From positions 310,001 to 374,000 of the forward strand of contig JBECUI020000027.1 of assembly GCA_040954595.2 (NCBI GenBank): DNA of 64,000 nucleotides, given 5' to 3'. Below are positions 48,834 to 60,298 of this stretch, piece by piece. A program made the translations under genes and the position numbers. Below the pieces are notes generated by a model. It was given only the letters and a program-made list of their open reading frames with translations. It made no database searches and was not told where the DNA came from. Numbering within the stretch: the stretch's first letter is position 1; every line of letters starts with the position of its first letter. The DNA comes from Balanoglossus misakiensis. Taxonomy: Eukaryota; Animalia; Hemichordata.

Positions 48834-50031
48834 ATGATCAGCAATTTAAGGAAACTCACTCACTCACTCACTCACTCACTCACTCACTCACTCACTCACT
48901 CACTCACTCACTCACTCACTCACCAACTCTTGCGCGCTAGAACTTCAAAGAAAGCCTAATTCCCTTCGCCGTTTTTCCCCGTTAAAAGCAATACTTTTCT
49001 GTTTAATCCCAGCGCTATTCCTGGCAGGCTGCGGCAGCCCCACTCCGAGCAGTGAAGCCCTCATAACAACTTTGACCATCAACGGCCTGGAGGGAGTGGC
49101 AACAATTGAGGGAACCAAAGCCGTTTTTTCTTTTGATAAACTAGACTCAGGTGCGGTGACCGCCTTTGACCTCAGCGTATCCCCCGGGGCCACGGTTACC
49201 CATGCCGACGGTACCGCTCTGACGGCTGAAAATCTTGTTATCGGCGAGGAATTCCCCGTGCTCGTTACCGCAGAGGATGGACTTACTACCCAAACCTACA
49301 CCCTGTTAATTACCGGGGATATTCTCATTACCAACAAATACAGCAACGGCTACTACGTCTGGTTTGACCTAACCTTGCATCAAAATGCTACGGTGGATTT
49401 CTACGCAGTAGAAGAAGGAACGACCCTGCCCAGCGCCACTTCCGTTTCGGCCATGGATGACACCGATGGCGACCAGGCCGTTGACGGTCGGCACTTCAGA
49501 GATGCCTTGATTGCTGGGGAACCCCACCGTATTGTTCTGTACAACCTGGACACCTCCAAAAACTACGATATTGGCAGCTATTTCAACGATGGTAAGTATC
49601 CCGGCTCTCACGCCGCTGTTTTGACACAGATGACTACAGCCGCAGAACCCAGCACTACAGGTAAGGTGGTTTGGCAGGCTTACGAAGGGCAGCGAATCAT
49701 TCTGCCGCCTGCAAGGTTGTTGTCAAATAACGATATACCTGCTGGAACAACCGAATCTCATTCTCTTCATGTGCAAAAAACTACGGCAGAGGGGGAGGTA
49801 GTCATTTCTCATATATTTTTAGTAACAAGTAGCTATCTTATCGGCGATGATTATGACGACATTATTCATCAGACTATAGAGGTTATTTTTTCTCCTCTGG
49901 GATATTATTTCATAAATTTTAAGGATGTTATGAAATCACAAGAAGGCATATATTGGGTTCGAAAGTCGGCAGCTGAGGACGATACCAATTCCCCCGATGA
50001 CTATATTGATTTGCGCATCATAGAAAGGTAG
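48834..50031 (+). CDS. Variable lipoprotein copy 17, phase OFF ((CTCA)17)
   Basis: Distance 238 nt; C-terminal half identical to copy 3. Confidence 0.88.
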
Positions 50032-50479
50032 TCTTTGTCTCGGCAGGGGAGGTGCCGTTCTCATGCTGGGACGGCTGCCAGGAATGCCATGGAGAAAGAA
50101 AAGAAAGGCTCCCCTAGGGGGGGCCCCATGATGACTTTGCAGTAACTTCCAGGCCCAATCACTCCCTCGGGGACTAGAGGACGTAAAAACGATAAGAAGA
50201 ATCTGCTTACTGGTACCCCCCAAGCCCTATAATAGGCTTTCGGGGTGTGCCCGCCCCCAGATGCCCGGAAAACCCTAGCCAGCACCCTAATCTCCCTATG
50301 ATTCCTATGCTTTTCCTCGGTTACTAACCAAGAACAGACCATTTCTCCCCTTACCAAACAATAAAGAGATAACACCTCCCCCCTTGATAAAATCCAGATA
50401 AGGAGATAGACTGAAAGTTAAGTTCAAATTTAGTAAACTAAAGCCTTGTAAGAGGCTATTTTTAAGGAGGCATACAAGG

Positions 50480-51654
50480 ATGATCAGCAATTTAAGGAAA
50501 CTCACTCACTCACTCACTCACTCACTCACTCACTCACTCACTCACTCACCAACTCTTGCGCGCTAGAACTCCAAAGAAAGCCTAGTTCCCTTCGCCGTTT
50601 TTCCCCGTTAAAAGCAATACTTTTTTGTTTACTCCTAGCACTTTTCCTGACAAGCTGCGGCCCCACCGGTCCAAGTCGAGAAACCCTCATAACAACTTTG
50701 ACCATCAACGGCCTGGAGGGAGTGGCAACAGTTGATGAAACCAAAGCCGTTTTTTCTTTTGATAAACTAGACTCAGGTGCGGTAAGCACCTTTGACCTCA
50801 GCGTATCCCCCGGGGCCACGGTTACCCATGCCGACGGTACCGCTCTGACAGCTGAAAATCTTCTTATCGGCGAGGAATTCCCCGTGCTCGTTACCGCAGA
50901 GGATGGGCTTACTACCCAAACCTACACCCTGTTAATTACCGGGGATATTCTCATTACCAACAAGTACAGCAACGGCTACTATGTCTGGTTTGACCTAACC
51001 TTGCATCAAAATGCTACGGTGGATTTCTACGCAGTAGAAGAAGGAACGACCCTGCCCAGCGCCGATTCCGTGGCGGCCATGGATGACACCGATGGCGACC
51101 AGGCCGTTGACGGTCGGCACTTCAGAGATGACTTGGTTGCCGGGGAACCCCACCGTATTGTTCTCTACAACTTGGACACCTCCAAAAACTACGATATTGG
51201 CGGCTATTTCAACGATGGTAAGTATCCCGGCTCTCACGCCGCTGTATTGACACAGATGACTACAGCCGCAGAACCCAGCACTACGGGTAAGGTGGTTTGG
51301 CCGGCTTACGAAGGGCAGCGAATCATTCTGCCGCCTGCAAGGTTGATGTCAAGGAATGATCTTGCTGGAACATCCGAAACTCATGGTCTTTACGTACGAA
51401 AAACTACAGCAGAGGGAGAGGAAGTCATCTACAATTTATATCTTATGTTTTCAGACAGTACTTATACGATCGGCTCTGATTACAACCAAGCTATTCATCA
51501 GACTATAGAGGTTATTTTTGATCCTCTGGGATATTATTTCATAAATTTTACAGATGTTATGAAATCACAAGAAGGCATATATTGGGTTCGATGGGCGGAA
51601 GAAGATACCGATTTCCCCGATGACTATATTGATTTGCGCATCATAGAAAGGTAG
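50480..51654 (+). CDS. Variable lipoprotein copy 18, phase OFF ((CTCA)12)
   Basis: Distance 218 nt; duplicate of copy 12. Confidence 0.88.
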
Positions 51655-52102
51655 TCTTTGTCTCGGCAGGGGATGTGCCGTTCTCATGCTGGGACGGCTG
51701 CCAGGAATGCCATGGAGAAAGAAAAGAAAGGCTCCCGTTGGGGCCAAAATGATGACTTTTCAGCAACCTCTAGGCCTGGGCAGTCCCTCGGAGACTAGAG
51801 GGAATAAAAACGATAAGAAGAATCTGCTTACTGGTACCCCCAAAGCCCTAGAATAGGCTTTCGGGGTGTGCCCGCTCCCAGATGCCCGGGAAACCCTAGC
51901 CAGAACCCTAATTCCCTATGGCTACTACGCTTTTTCTCAAGTTATTGACCAAAGAACAGACCATTTCACCCCCTTACCAAACAATAAAGAGATAACACCC
52001 CCCCCCTTGATAAAATCCAGATAGCGAGATAGACTGAAAGTTAAGTTCAAATCTAGTAAACCAAAGCCTTGTAAGAGGCTATTTTTAAGGAGGCATACAA
52101 AG

Positions 52103-53285
52103 ATGATCAGCAATTTAAGGAAACTCACTCACTCACTCACTCACTCACTCACTCACTCACTCACTCACTCACTCACTCACCAACTCTTGCGCGCTAGAAC
52201 TCCAAAGAAAGCCTAATTCCCTTCGCCGTTTTCCCCCGTTAAAAGCAATACTTTTCTGTTTAATCCCAGCGCTGTTCCTGACAGGCTGCGGCCCCACCGG
52301 TCCAAGTCGAGAAACCCTCATAACAACTTTGACCATCAACGGCCTGGAGGGAGTGGCAACAGTTGATGAAACCAAAGCCGTTTTTTCTTTTGATAAACTA
52401 GACTCAGGTGCGGTAAGCACCTTTGACCTCAGCGTATCACCCGGGGCCACGGTTACCCATGCCGACGGTACCGCTCTGACGGCTGAAAATCTTGTTATTG
52501 GCGAGGAATTCCCCGTGATCGTTACTGCAGAGGATGGACTTACTACCCAAACCTACACCCTGTTAATTACCGGGGATATGCTCATTACCAACAAATACAG
52601 CAACGGCTACTATGTCTGGTTTGACCTAACCTTGCATCAAAATGCTACGGTGGATTTCTACGCAGTAGAAGAAGGAACGACCCTGCCCAGCGCCGATTCC
52701 GTGGCGGCCATGGATGACACCGATGGGGACCAGGCCGTTGACGGACAACACTTCAGAGATGCCTTGGTTGCCGGGGAACCCCACCGTATTGTTCTCTATA
52801 ACTTAGACACTTCCAAAAACTACGATATTGGCAGCTATTTCAACGATGGTAAGTATCCCGGCTCTCACGCCGCTGTATTGACACAGATGACTACAGCCGC
52901 AGAACCCAGCACCACGGGCAAGGTGGTTTGGCAGGCTTATGAAGGGCAGCGAATTATTTTGCCGCCTGCAAGGTTATTGTCAAATAACGATCTATCTGGA
53001 GCTGAAACGCATAAACTTTCCGTACGGAGAACTGTGGCAGGGGTGGAGGAATACCTTGTATATGTATATGAACTCATTCCAGGTGCCTATCAATTGGGCG
53101 CTGATTACGACGCAGCTACTCATCAGACTATAGAGGTTATTTTTGATCCTCTGGGATATTATTTCATAAATTTTACAGATGTTATGAAATCACAAGAAGG
53201 CCTATATTGGATTCGAATGCCGGCAGAAGGAAAAAATCTCATTACCCCCGATGAATATATTGATTTGCGCATCATAGAAAGGTAG
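52103..53285 (+). CDS. Variable lipoprotein copy 19, phase OFF ((CTCA)14)
   Basis: Distance 226 nt; 5' part matches copy 13, 3' part resembles copy 16. Confidence 0.88.
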
Positions 53286-53725
53286 TCTTTGTCTCGGCAG
53301 GGGATGTGCCGTTCTCATGCTGGGACGGCTGCCAAGAATGCCATGGAGAAAGAAAAGAAAGACTCCCCTGGGGGCCCCCATGATGACTTTGCAGTAACTT
53401 CCAGCCCCAATCAGTCCCTCGGGGGCTAAGAGCTAGTAAACAAAACGATAAGAAGAATCTGCTTACTGATACCCCCAAAGCCCTAGGATAGGCTTTCGGG
53501 GTGTGCCCTCTCCCAGAGTTCCGGGAAACCTTAGCAAGCACCCTAATCTCCCTATGCTTTTCCTCGGTTACTGACCAAGAACAGACCATTTCTCCCCTTA
53601 CCAAACAATAAAGAGATAACACCCCCCCCTTGATAAAATCCAGATAAGGAGATAGACTGAAAGTTAAGTTCAAATCTAGTAAACTAAAGCCTTGTAAGAG
53701 GCTATTTTTAAGGAGGTATACAAAG

Positions 53726-54954
53726 ATGATCAGCAATTTAAGGAAACTCACTCACTCACTCACTCACTCACTCACTCACTCACTCACTCACTCACTCACT
53801 CACTCACTCACTCACTCACTCACTCACTCACTCACTCACTCACTCACTCACTCACCAACTCTTGCGCGTTAGGACTTCAAAGAAAGCCTAGTTCCCTTCG
53901 CCGTTTTTCCCCGTTAAAAGTAATACTTTTCTGTTTAATCCCAGCGCTGTTCCTGACAGGCTGCGGCCCCACCGGTCCAAGTCGAGAAACCCTCATAACA
54001 ACTTTGACCATCAACGGCCTGGAGGGAGTGGCAACAATTGATGAAACCAAAGCCGTTTTTTCTTTTGATAAACTAGACTCCAGCACGGTAAGCACCTTTG
54101 ACCTCAGCGTATCCCCCGGGGCCACGGTTACCCATGCCGACGGTACCGCTCTGACAGCTGAAAATCTTCTTATCGGCGAGGAATTCCCCGTGCTCGTTAC
54201 TGCAGAGGATGGACTTACTACCCAAACCTACACCCTATTAATTACCGGGGATATGCTCATTACCAACAAATACAGCAACGGCTACTATGTCTGGTTTGAC
54301 CTAACCTTGCATCAAAACGCTACGGTGGATTTCTACGCAGTAGAAGAAGGAACGACCCTGCCCAGCGCCGCTTCCGTGACGGCCATGGATGACACCGATG
54401 GCGACCAAGCCGTCGACGGTCAACACTTCAGAGATGCTTTGGTTGCCGGGGAACCCCACCGGATTGTTCTCTACAACCTGGACACCTCCAAAAACTACGA
54501 TATTGGCAGCTATTTCAACGATGGTAAGTATCCCGGCTCTCACGCCGCTGTATTGACACAGATGACTACAGCCGCAGAACCCAGCACCACGGGCAAGGTG
54601 GTTTGGCAGGCTTACGAAGGGCAGCGAATTATTCTGCCGCCTGCAAGGTTATTGTCAAATAACGATCTATCTGGAACTGATTCGCATAAACTTTCCGTAC
54701 GGAGAACTGTGGCAGGGGTGGAGGAAACCTTTGAATCTGTATATGAATTTCTTCCAGGTGCCTATCAGGTCGCCCCTCAGTACGACTCAGCTATTCATCA
54801 GACTATAGAGGTTATTTTTTCTCCTCTGGGATATTATTTCATAAATTTTACAGATGTTATGAAATCACAAGAAGGTATATATTGGGTTCGAATGACAACG
54901 GGAGGTACCGATTCCCCCGATGACTATATTGATTTGCGCATCATAGAAAGGTAG
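53726..54954 (+). CDS. Variable lipoprotein copy 20, phase OFF ((CTCA)27)
   Basis: Distance 278 nt; longest tract (53747-53854). Confidence 0.88.
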
Positions 54955-55094
54955 TCTTTGTCTCGGCAGGGGATGTACTGTTCTCATGCTGGGACAGCTG
55001 CTCAGTCCCTCGGGGACTAGAGGACGTAAAAACGATAAGAAGAATCTGCTTACTGGCACCCCGAAGGAGCATCAAATAATAGGTCAAGGTCGAA

Positions 55095-55240
55095 TATAGA
55101 AAACTACTGATTCAACGAAATCCCATGGCCGCCGATTAACGCTTTCAGGCAGATAGGGGCTATGGATTACCTTTTTATACGTCGAAAGGGGGCCTAACCT
55201 AAAGACCTTAGTCGTTATCGATTTATTCCCTCGCTGAATG
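55095..55240 (+). pseudogene. Possible IS3-family transposase (integrase core) fragment
   Basis: Frameshifted remnants QIGAMDY and NLKTLVVIDLFPR resemble the WxMDF...LxVIDxFxR core. Confidence 0.3.
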
Positions 55241-55430
55241 GATAGTCCTTATGGAATCTTTAGGTCACAAGGGCCTGAGAAGATGTCTTACGGATGAACC
55301 GAAGGCGAAGAAACGACAACGTAGAGTCACACCGTAATTAATTTTAAACAAAGCAAAACAATATTGACTGTAATCTGATCAATCCAGGAAAGCCGGTTGA
55401 GAACTTGATGGCTAAAAGCTTTGAATCCCC

Positions 55431-56440
55431 TTAATTCCATAAATCGGAAAAGGCACAAAACTCAATCATGTCGCCTTTCTGAACGGCTGTATCCTGGGGA
55501 ATAAGGGCAAACCCGTGGGAATGTGCAGCGGTAAGAAGAGTACCGGAACTTTGTTCGCTTGCAAGTACGGCGAATTCTTTGCCGGAATCTCTCTGAAGGC
55601 AGGCCGTAGATAGCGTTCTCTTTTGTCGGCTGCCACCGAAAAGCCGCTGGACGCAGAGTGAGTTCGGGGCAAAATATCTGATTTTCGGCCCTGCATGGCC
55701 CGCAGAGCAGGAATAACTAACGCTGCCATAACCGTTAAAGCGGAACCGGGATTCCCCGGCAAACCAAATAAGGGTAGGGATCTTTGAGAAATGAGTAGGG
55801 AACCGAAAAGAAAGGGCTTTCCCGGTTTGATAGCTACCTTCCATTGATGAACTTTCCCTATGTCCTTCAGTACCCGCTGCAGATAATCTTCTTCTCCTAC
55901 TGAAGCCCCGCCTGTTGTTATGATGCAATCGGCAGGGTCTGTCTGCTCCAGAGCTTGCTGCAGACTGTGGTAAGAATCATCAACAAGCTTATAGAAAACA
56001 ATTTCGGCGTTGGCATCTGCCAGCAGGCCGCGAAGCAGGTATTCATTGGAATTGTAGATTTTCCCAGGCCCTAGCGCTTTGTTTTTTTCTACGGGAACAA
56101 GCTCGTTTCCACTGGTGATAATCGCTATCTTAAGCTTCCTAAACACCGGTACCCATGCCATACCCAGCATCGCTAACACGCCCATATCAATTGATGAGAG
56201 TTTGGTACCCGCTTTAAAAACGATGTCGTCTTTTTTCATTTCCATGCCGCGGCAGCGTATATGCTGCCCCGCCAACGGAACGGAAGAAAGACGCCCCCCC
56301 CTGCTGGAGAACTGGCAGTCTTCCTGTGGTACTACCGCATCGGCACCTACCGGGAGGGGGGCCCCGGTAAAAATCCGCACACAGCTGCCTCGTTTCAAAA
56401 CCGTTCCCAGCGGATCGCCGGCTCCTACCACCGCTGCCAA
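55431..56440 (-). pseudogene. moeA: Molybdopterin molybdotransferase MoeA, apparently N-terminally truncated and frameshifted
   Basis: RIFTGAPLPVGADAVVPQED, TSGNEL, IYNSN, TTGGASVGEEDY, KPGKP and GLPGNP motifs; the C-terminal QSSG...GDMIEF lies in another frame; the N-terminal SAMDGYA region was not found. Confidence 0.85.
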
Positions 56441-56956
56441 AGGCCCTCGGCGGCGGCAGGCTCATAAATGGTACAGATAGGTTCAAAAAAACGGCTGCTA
56501 TGAACATAGGCGGTAACATGTTTGTCTTTGTGTCACTGAGCGACAAGGATCGGGGAGGGTTGGGTCAGTGGGGGAGTCCGGGGACAGGATATTTCTCTTC
56601 AGGGTCTAAGGGGGTTTTTAGAAACCAGGCAAATGGGGATTGGATTTTTTGATGTGGTAGATCTTTCCGGTAGATATTTTCCCTGTAATCAAGCTTATAT
56701 CATTGTAAGCGAATAAGTATTGAAAGGGGCTCTCCTTTCCAGGCGGTCTGTTTTCACAAGGACAAGGGGAAAAAAAGAAAATTATAGAGGGAAAACAACT
56801 TTTGTGATAAAATATGGAAGTAAGACCTCCTTTCCCCATAGGTGGGGTGTTTGTTTCTCGCTTCCCGTTTTGCTGTCATTGAGTGTTTCCTCTTGCGGAA
56901 AGCAAAATGGTTAGTGAATAAAAATAGATTTTGACCTTTAATAAGAGGCTATCCCT

Positions 56957-59900
56957 ATGTTTAATCGTTTATTCTTATTGGCTCGTGTCGTTGCTGCCAT
57001 TGTATTATTTTCATTATTACTCGCATGTGACGAGAGAAGTCTTGACACCATAAATGTTGAATTGATGGATTTGAAGATAGGAGAGGTCACTAGTGAAACA
57101 CTGGTTCTGGAATGGATGCCGCAAGAAAGTATTGAAAACTATATTATCTACCTCAAGTTAGAGACAGAAAATACCTTTGATGAAATAGCGATTGATAATA
57201 GTTCGTTGGCTCCAGGCAGCACAGGAACGGTTTCCTATCGGATAGAAAATCTCCTTCCACAGACATTCTACATTGTCCAATTTGCTGTAGTCACGCAAAA
57301 GGGGGAAATAAGCTCCCCCATCATACCCTCAGGTAGTCTCATAGATACAGAAGGGAAGGTTTGTACCCTACCGCTACAAAAACCGTACTTTGCCGAAGAG
57401 GCAACAATAGATAAGGATAACACAGAAAAGGAACTCGGCAAACTGAAGATACAATGGCCGCCAGCAATACCGGGAAAAATGGCTGATGGGAGCGAGGCTC
57501 CTTTTCATTACGAGGTTAAATACCGCAAGGCGGCAGAGGCTCAGTCGGGATCATGGATATTCTATGAAGGTGCCATTGACGCACAACCCCCTGGACTGAC
57601 AGCAACCTTGAGTCAGCTTGAAGGGGCGGCAGATTATGATATTCAGGTAGAAGCCGTATACAAAGATGATAATGTTGATTTGAGAAGCACTTTAGAAACG
57701 AGCCAGCCTCTGACCAGTAATGGTATAAAGCATCTATTCCTTATAAAGGGAGGTGTGGAGGCACCGTCTACGCTGGAATTGCTGCAAGGCGATGATCTGG
57801 TTTTGGGGGTTGATATTCTTGCTATCAATGTATCCCCTGGAGTAACGTGGACCACCAATGTTCCCGATCTTGTAGACATCCAGCAATCTGATGGAAATGT
57901 CGTAACCATAACCGGTATACACGCTGGATCGGTGACTATTTCCGCAACCTCAGAAAGCGATATAACAAAAAAAGATACTATTGGAATTACGGTGACCTTG
58001 CCGCCGGAGATTTCTGGTGCATTGAGTTACCATACGGATACTTCTGCTGTGTATGGGCATCAGCAAAGTTACCCACCAAGCCTATCAGGGCTTCCAGAAG
58101 GGCTCACCTCTTCAGATTTAACGTATGCCATCACCGCAGTTCGTAGCTCCTCTGCTGCTGCTGATTTATTATCCTTTGATATTGATGCCCATGGAATTAT
58201 CTCCACAGCTATAGATGTTCTACCGGGTACCTATGGTATTGATGTTACAGCATCGCATACGCAGTACCGCGGAGAACTGACAGCTGTTGTGTCAATAACT
58301 GTCAATAAGGCTCCCTTTGATTCGTTTGTTTTCAACTACAACGATCTGCTGGTAGCTAAGCAGGGAGAAGAAACAAAATTTCCTCTTCATTTTTCTGTAA
58401 ATATTCCTGCTAACGTCCAGGTTGTTTATAGCATAACCGGTCCGGCGGGAATTTCTATAGATACAGAAGGGGCTATTCTCGTTTCCTCTGCTGTTCCTTC
58501 AGGGGATAACCAGATTACTGTTACGGTAAGCGTAAGCCCGGAGGGCGACCCCCTTTATATTGGTAGCAAATCTATTGAGAGAACCCTTTATGTTCGGCCT
58601 TCGGACAGGGGATTGAATCTGGAATACAAACAGGAGATGGGGCCGGAGGCACAGCAATATTTCAGTACAGGGGATATTGATAATCCCTTCCTCTTTGTCT
58701 TACCTGGCTTGATAGTAAAAGAAGGTCTTTCAGCAAGGATCGTTATCTATGCCGTTAGTTCGCAAGCCATTTTTTATGACAGTGAAGATGCTGATATCAT
58801 AACCGAACAAAATAACGTGGTAGGGATTGGTCCGCAGGTATCGTATGACTCTGATTGGATCAACATGTTAGCTGACAATTCGAAAGTGCGGATAGCTGTA
58901 CAGCTTGAAGGAAGCATATCGGAAATACTGTTGGTAGAGAAAGATCTGGCAGAAAAGGAAGATATCTACACTTGGCGGGACTTGCAGGCAATACGTCACG
59001 CTCTGAAGGGGAACTACTTTTTACGGACAGACATTTCTTTCCCATCCCCCGGGACCTACGGTTTCCCTGACACAGGTTTTGAACCATTGGGCCGCTCATG
59101 GGGAAGTCGCTACATAGGGGATATGTATGAACCTCCCTTTACGGGGAGTCTTACTGGTACCAATGGCAGCAATGATAACTACACCATTAGGAATCTGTAT
59201 ATAAAAGACAGTGGATTAAGCTATGGAGGCTTGTTCGGAAGAATAAGAGGAAGCGGGAGTCAGCGTGTTGTGGTAAAAGATATCACATTTGTTGACCCCT
59301 CCATTGAGGTGAGTTTTTTTGCAGGAGTTCTTGTGGGGTGGCTGGAAAGAGGAGTCGTCACAGGTGTTCATGTAGATATTACGGACACTAGCACCACTAC
59401 CGTGAAAACACTTTACGCCGATTCTGGTAATGTTCCTAGTGCTGTGAGTGGCATAACAGGAGGAGTGGCGGGGTATGTTGATGTAGAGGCTTCACTTTAT
59501 GCCAGTAGTGAAGCGAACGTACATGCTCTGGCATCTAATGGAGGAGAATCTAAGGCAACGGTTGGCGGTTTAGTGGGATCTAGTAGGGGCACAGTAGTCG
59601 GTTATACCGTGGGAAATGTAAGAGGAGAGAAAGACTACGTTGGCGGATTAGTGGGCTATCAGAATGGTGGCCGTATTATAGGCTATGCCACGGGAGATGT
59701 GATCGGAACGGTATATGTGGGAGGACTGACCGGCGTTAGTAATGGTCTCGTTTCCGGCTACTCAACAGGGGAAGTAATCGGAACCAAATATGTCGGTGGA
59801 CTAGTAGGAAAGGTTAAAAGCCAAGTTACCGGCTATACACGCGCTACAGTAACAAGATCCCGGGGCTATAATACCCAATTCGGCGCATTGTTTGGCGAGG

Positions 59901-60298
59901 TTTACTTTGGAGACGACCTCTGGGGCAAGTGGATACATAGCTATTTTGATGGTCTGTCGGTAAACGATGAGTATGCAAGCGGAAAGGAGTTAGGTGCTAT
60001 TGGAACCATTGATTTAACAGGAGATCTTCCGCTAGGCAATTATGCCGCCGAAGTAAGTGCTGAAGCGAACATAAAGCAAATGATTCTAACGGCCCCTCCC
60101 CTTACTATTTACTACGATGACCTTGGTACTGCTGAACCCTCAGATGACAAAATCCTCTTTCCGGATACTCATTGGACTGTTCACAGTACCGTTGGTCAGG
60201 ATGGTTCTCTTGGTGAATGGGTTTGGGTTGGTGAAGGGAAATGGCCCCATCTCTGGGATACAGCTGATAAGCAGTACTTTGGAGATCAGCCTCATTAA
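56957..60298 (+). CDS. Large surface lipoprotein with FN3/Ig-like domains and C-terminal GLUG-type (VGGLVG) repeats
   Basis: 1113 aa; LLLA-C lipobox; FN3-like W/Y pattern; Big_2-like VTWTT; repeated VGGLVG. Confidence 0.8.
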   Translation: MFNRLFLLARVVAAIVLFSLLLACDERSLDTINVELMDLKIGEVTSETLVLEWMPQESIENYIIYLKLETENTFDEIAIDNSSLAPGSTGTVSYRIENLLPQTFYIVQFAVVTQKGEISSPIIPSGSLIDTEGKVCTLPLQKPYFAEEATIDKDNTEKELGKLKIQWPPAIPGKMADGSEAPFHYEVKYRKAAEAQSGSWIFYEGAIDAQPPGLTATLSQLEGAADYDIQVEAVYKDDNVDLRSTLETSQPLTSNGIKHLFLIKGGVEAPSTLELLQGDDLVLGVDILAINVSPGVTWTTNVPDLVDIQQSDGNVVTITGIHAGSVTISATSESDITKKDTIGITVTLPPEISGALSYHTDTSAVYGHQQSYPPSLSGLPEGLTSSDLTYAITAVRSSSAAADLLSFDIDAHGIISTAIDVLPGTYGIDVTASHTQYRGELTAVVSITVNKAPFDSFVFNYNDLLVAKQGEETKFPLHFSVNIPANVQVVYSITGPAGISIDTEGAILVSSAVPSGDNQITVTVSVSPEGDPLYIGSKSIERTLYVRPSDRGLNLEYKQEMGPEAQQYFSTGDIDNPFLFVLPGLIVKEGLSARIVIYAVSSQAIFYDSEDADIITEQNNVVGIGPQVSYDSDWINMLADNSKVRIAVQLEGSISEILLVEKDLAEKEDIYTWRDLQAIRHALKGNYFLRTDISFPSPGTYGFPDTGFEPLGRSWGSRYIGDMYEPPFTGSLTGTNGSNDNYTIRNLYIKDSGLSYGGLFGRIRGSGSQRVVVKDITFVDPSIEVSFFAGVLVGWLERGVVTGVHVDITDTSTTTVKTLYADSGNVPSAVSGITGGVAGYVDVEASLYASSEANVHALASNGGESKATVGGLVGSSRGTVVGYTVGNVRGEKDYVGGLVGYQNGGRIIGYATGDVIGTVYVGGLTGVSNGLVSGYSTGEVIGTKYVGGLVGKVKSQVTGYTRATVTRSRGYNTQFGALFGEVYFGDDLWGKWIHSYFDGLSVNDEYASGKELGAIGTIDLTGDLPLGNYAAEVSAEANIKQMILTAPPLTIYYDDLGTAEPSDDKILFPDTHWTVHSTVGQDGSLGEWVWVGEGKWPHLWDTADKQYFGDQPH

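Larger units (their letters stand above)
21005..55065 (+). repeat. Tandem array of 20 ~1.62-kb units (spacer + promoter + (CTCA)n-containing lipoprotein gene)
   Basis: Near-identical units seen directly; interrupted once by IS256. Confidence 0.98.

Noticed and set aside
21536-54543. Recurrent minus-strand ORFs (MAPGDTLRS..., MRAGILT..., MSFLKLLII...)
   Set aside because: Antisense shadows repeated only because the unit is repeated; lengths vary with indels and no motifs are recognisable.
21445-54954. Diversity-generating retroelement, integron cassette array or invertase shufflon as the source of variation
   Set aside because: No reverse transcriptase, integrase or invertase in the window; variation includes indels and is not adenine-restricted; all units are co-oriented paralogs with their own promoters and no attC-like sites were recognised.
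21663-54954. TTG-initiated MTING... starts from the ORF track as true starts, or the copies as simple pseudogenes
   Set aside because: These starts lack an RBS and would omit the lipoprotein signal; the AGGAGG-ATG upstream of the tract and in-frame copy 6 show the real gene structure.
56214-56546. ORF as the missing MoeA N-terminus
   Set aside because: No MoeA N-terminal motifs (GRVLA, SAMDGYA) are recognisable.
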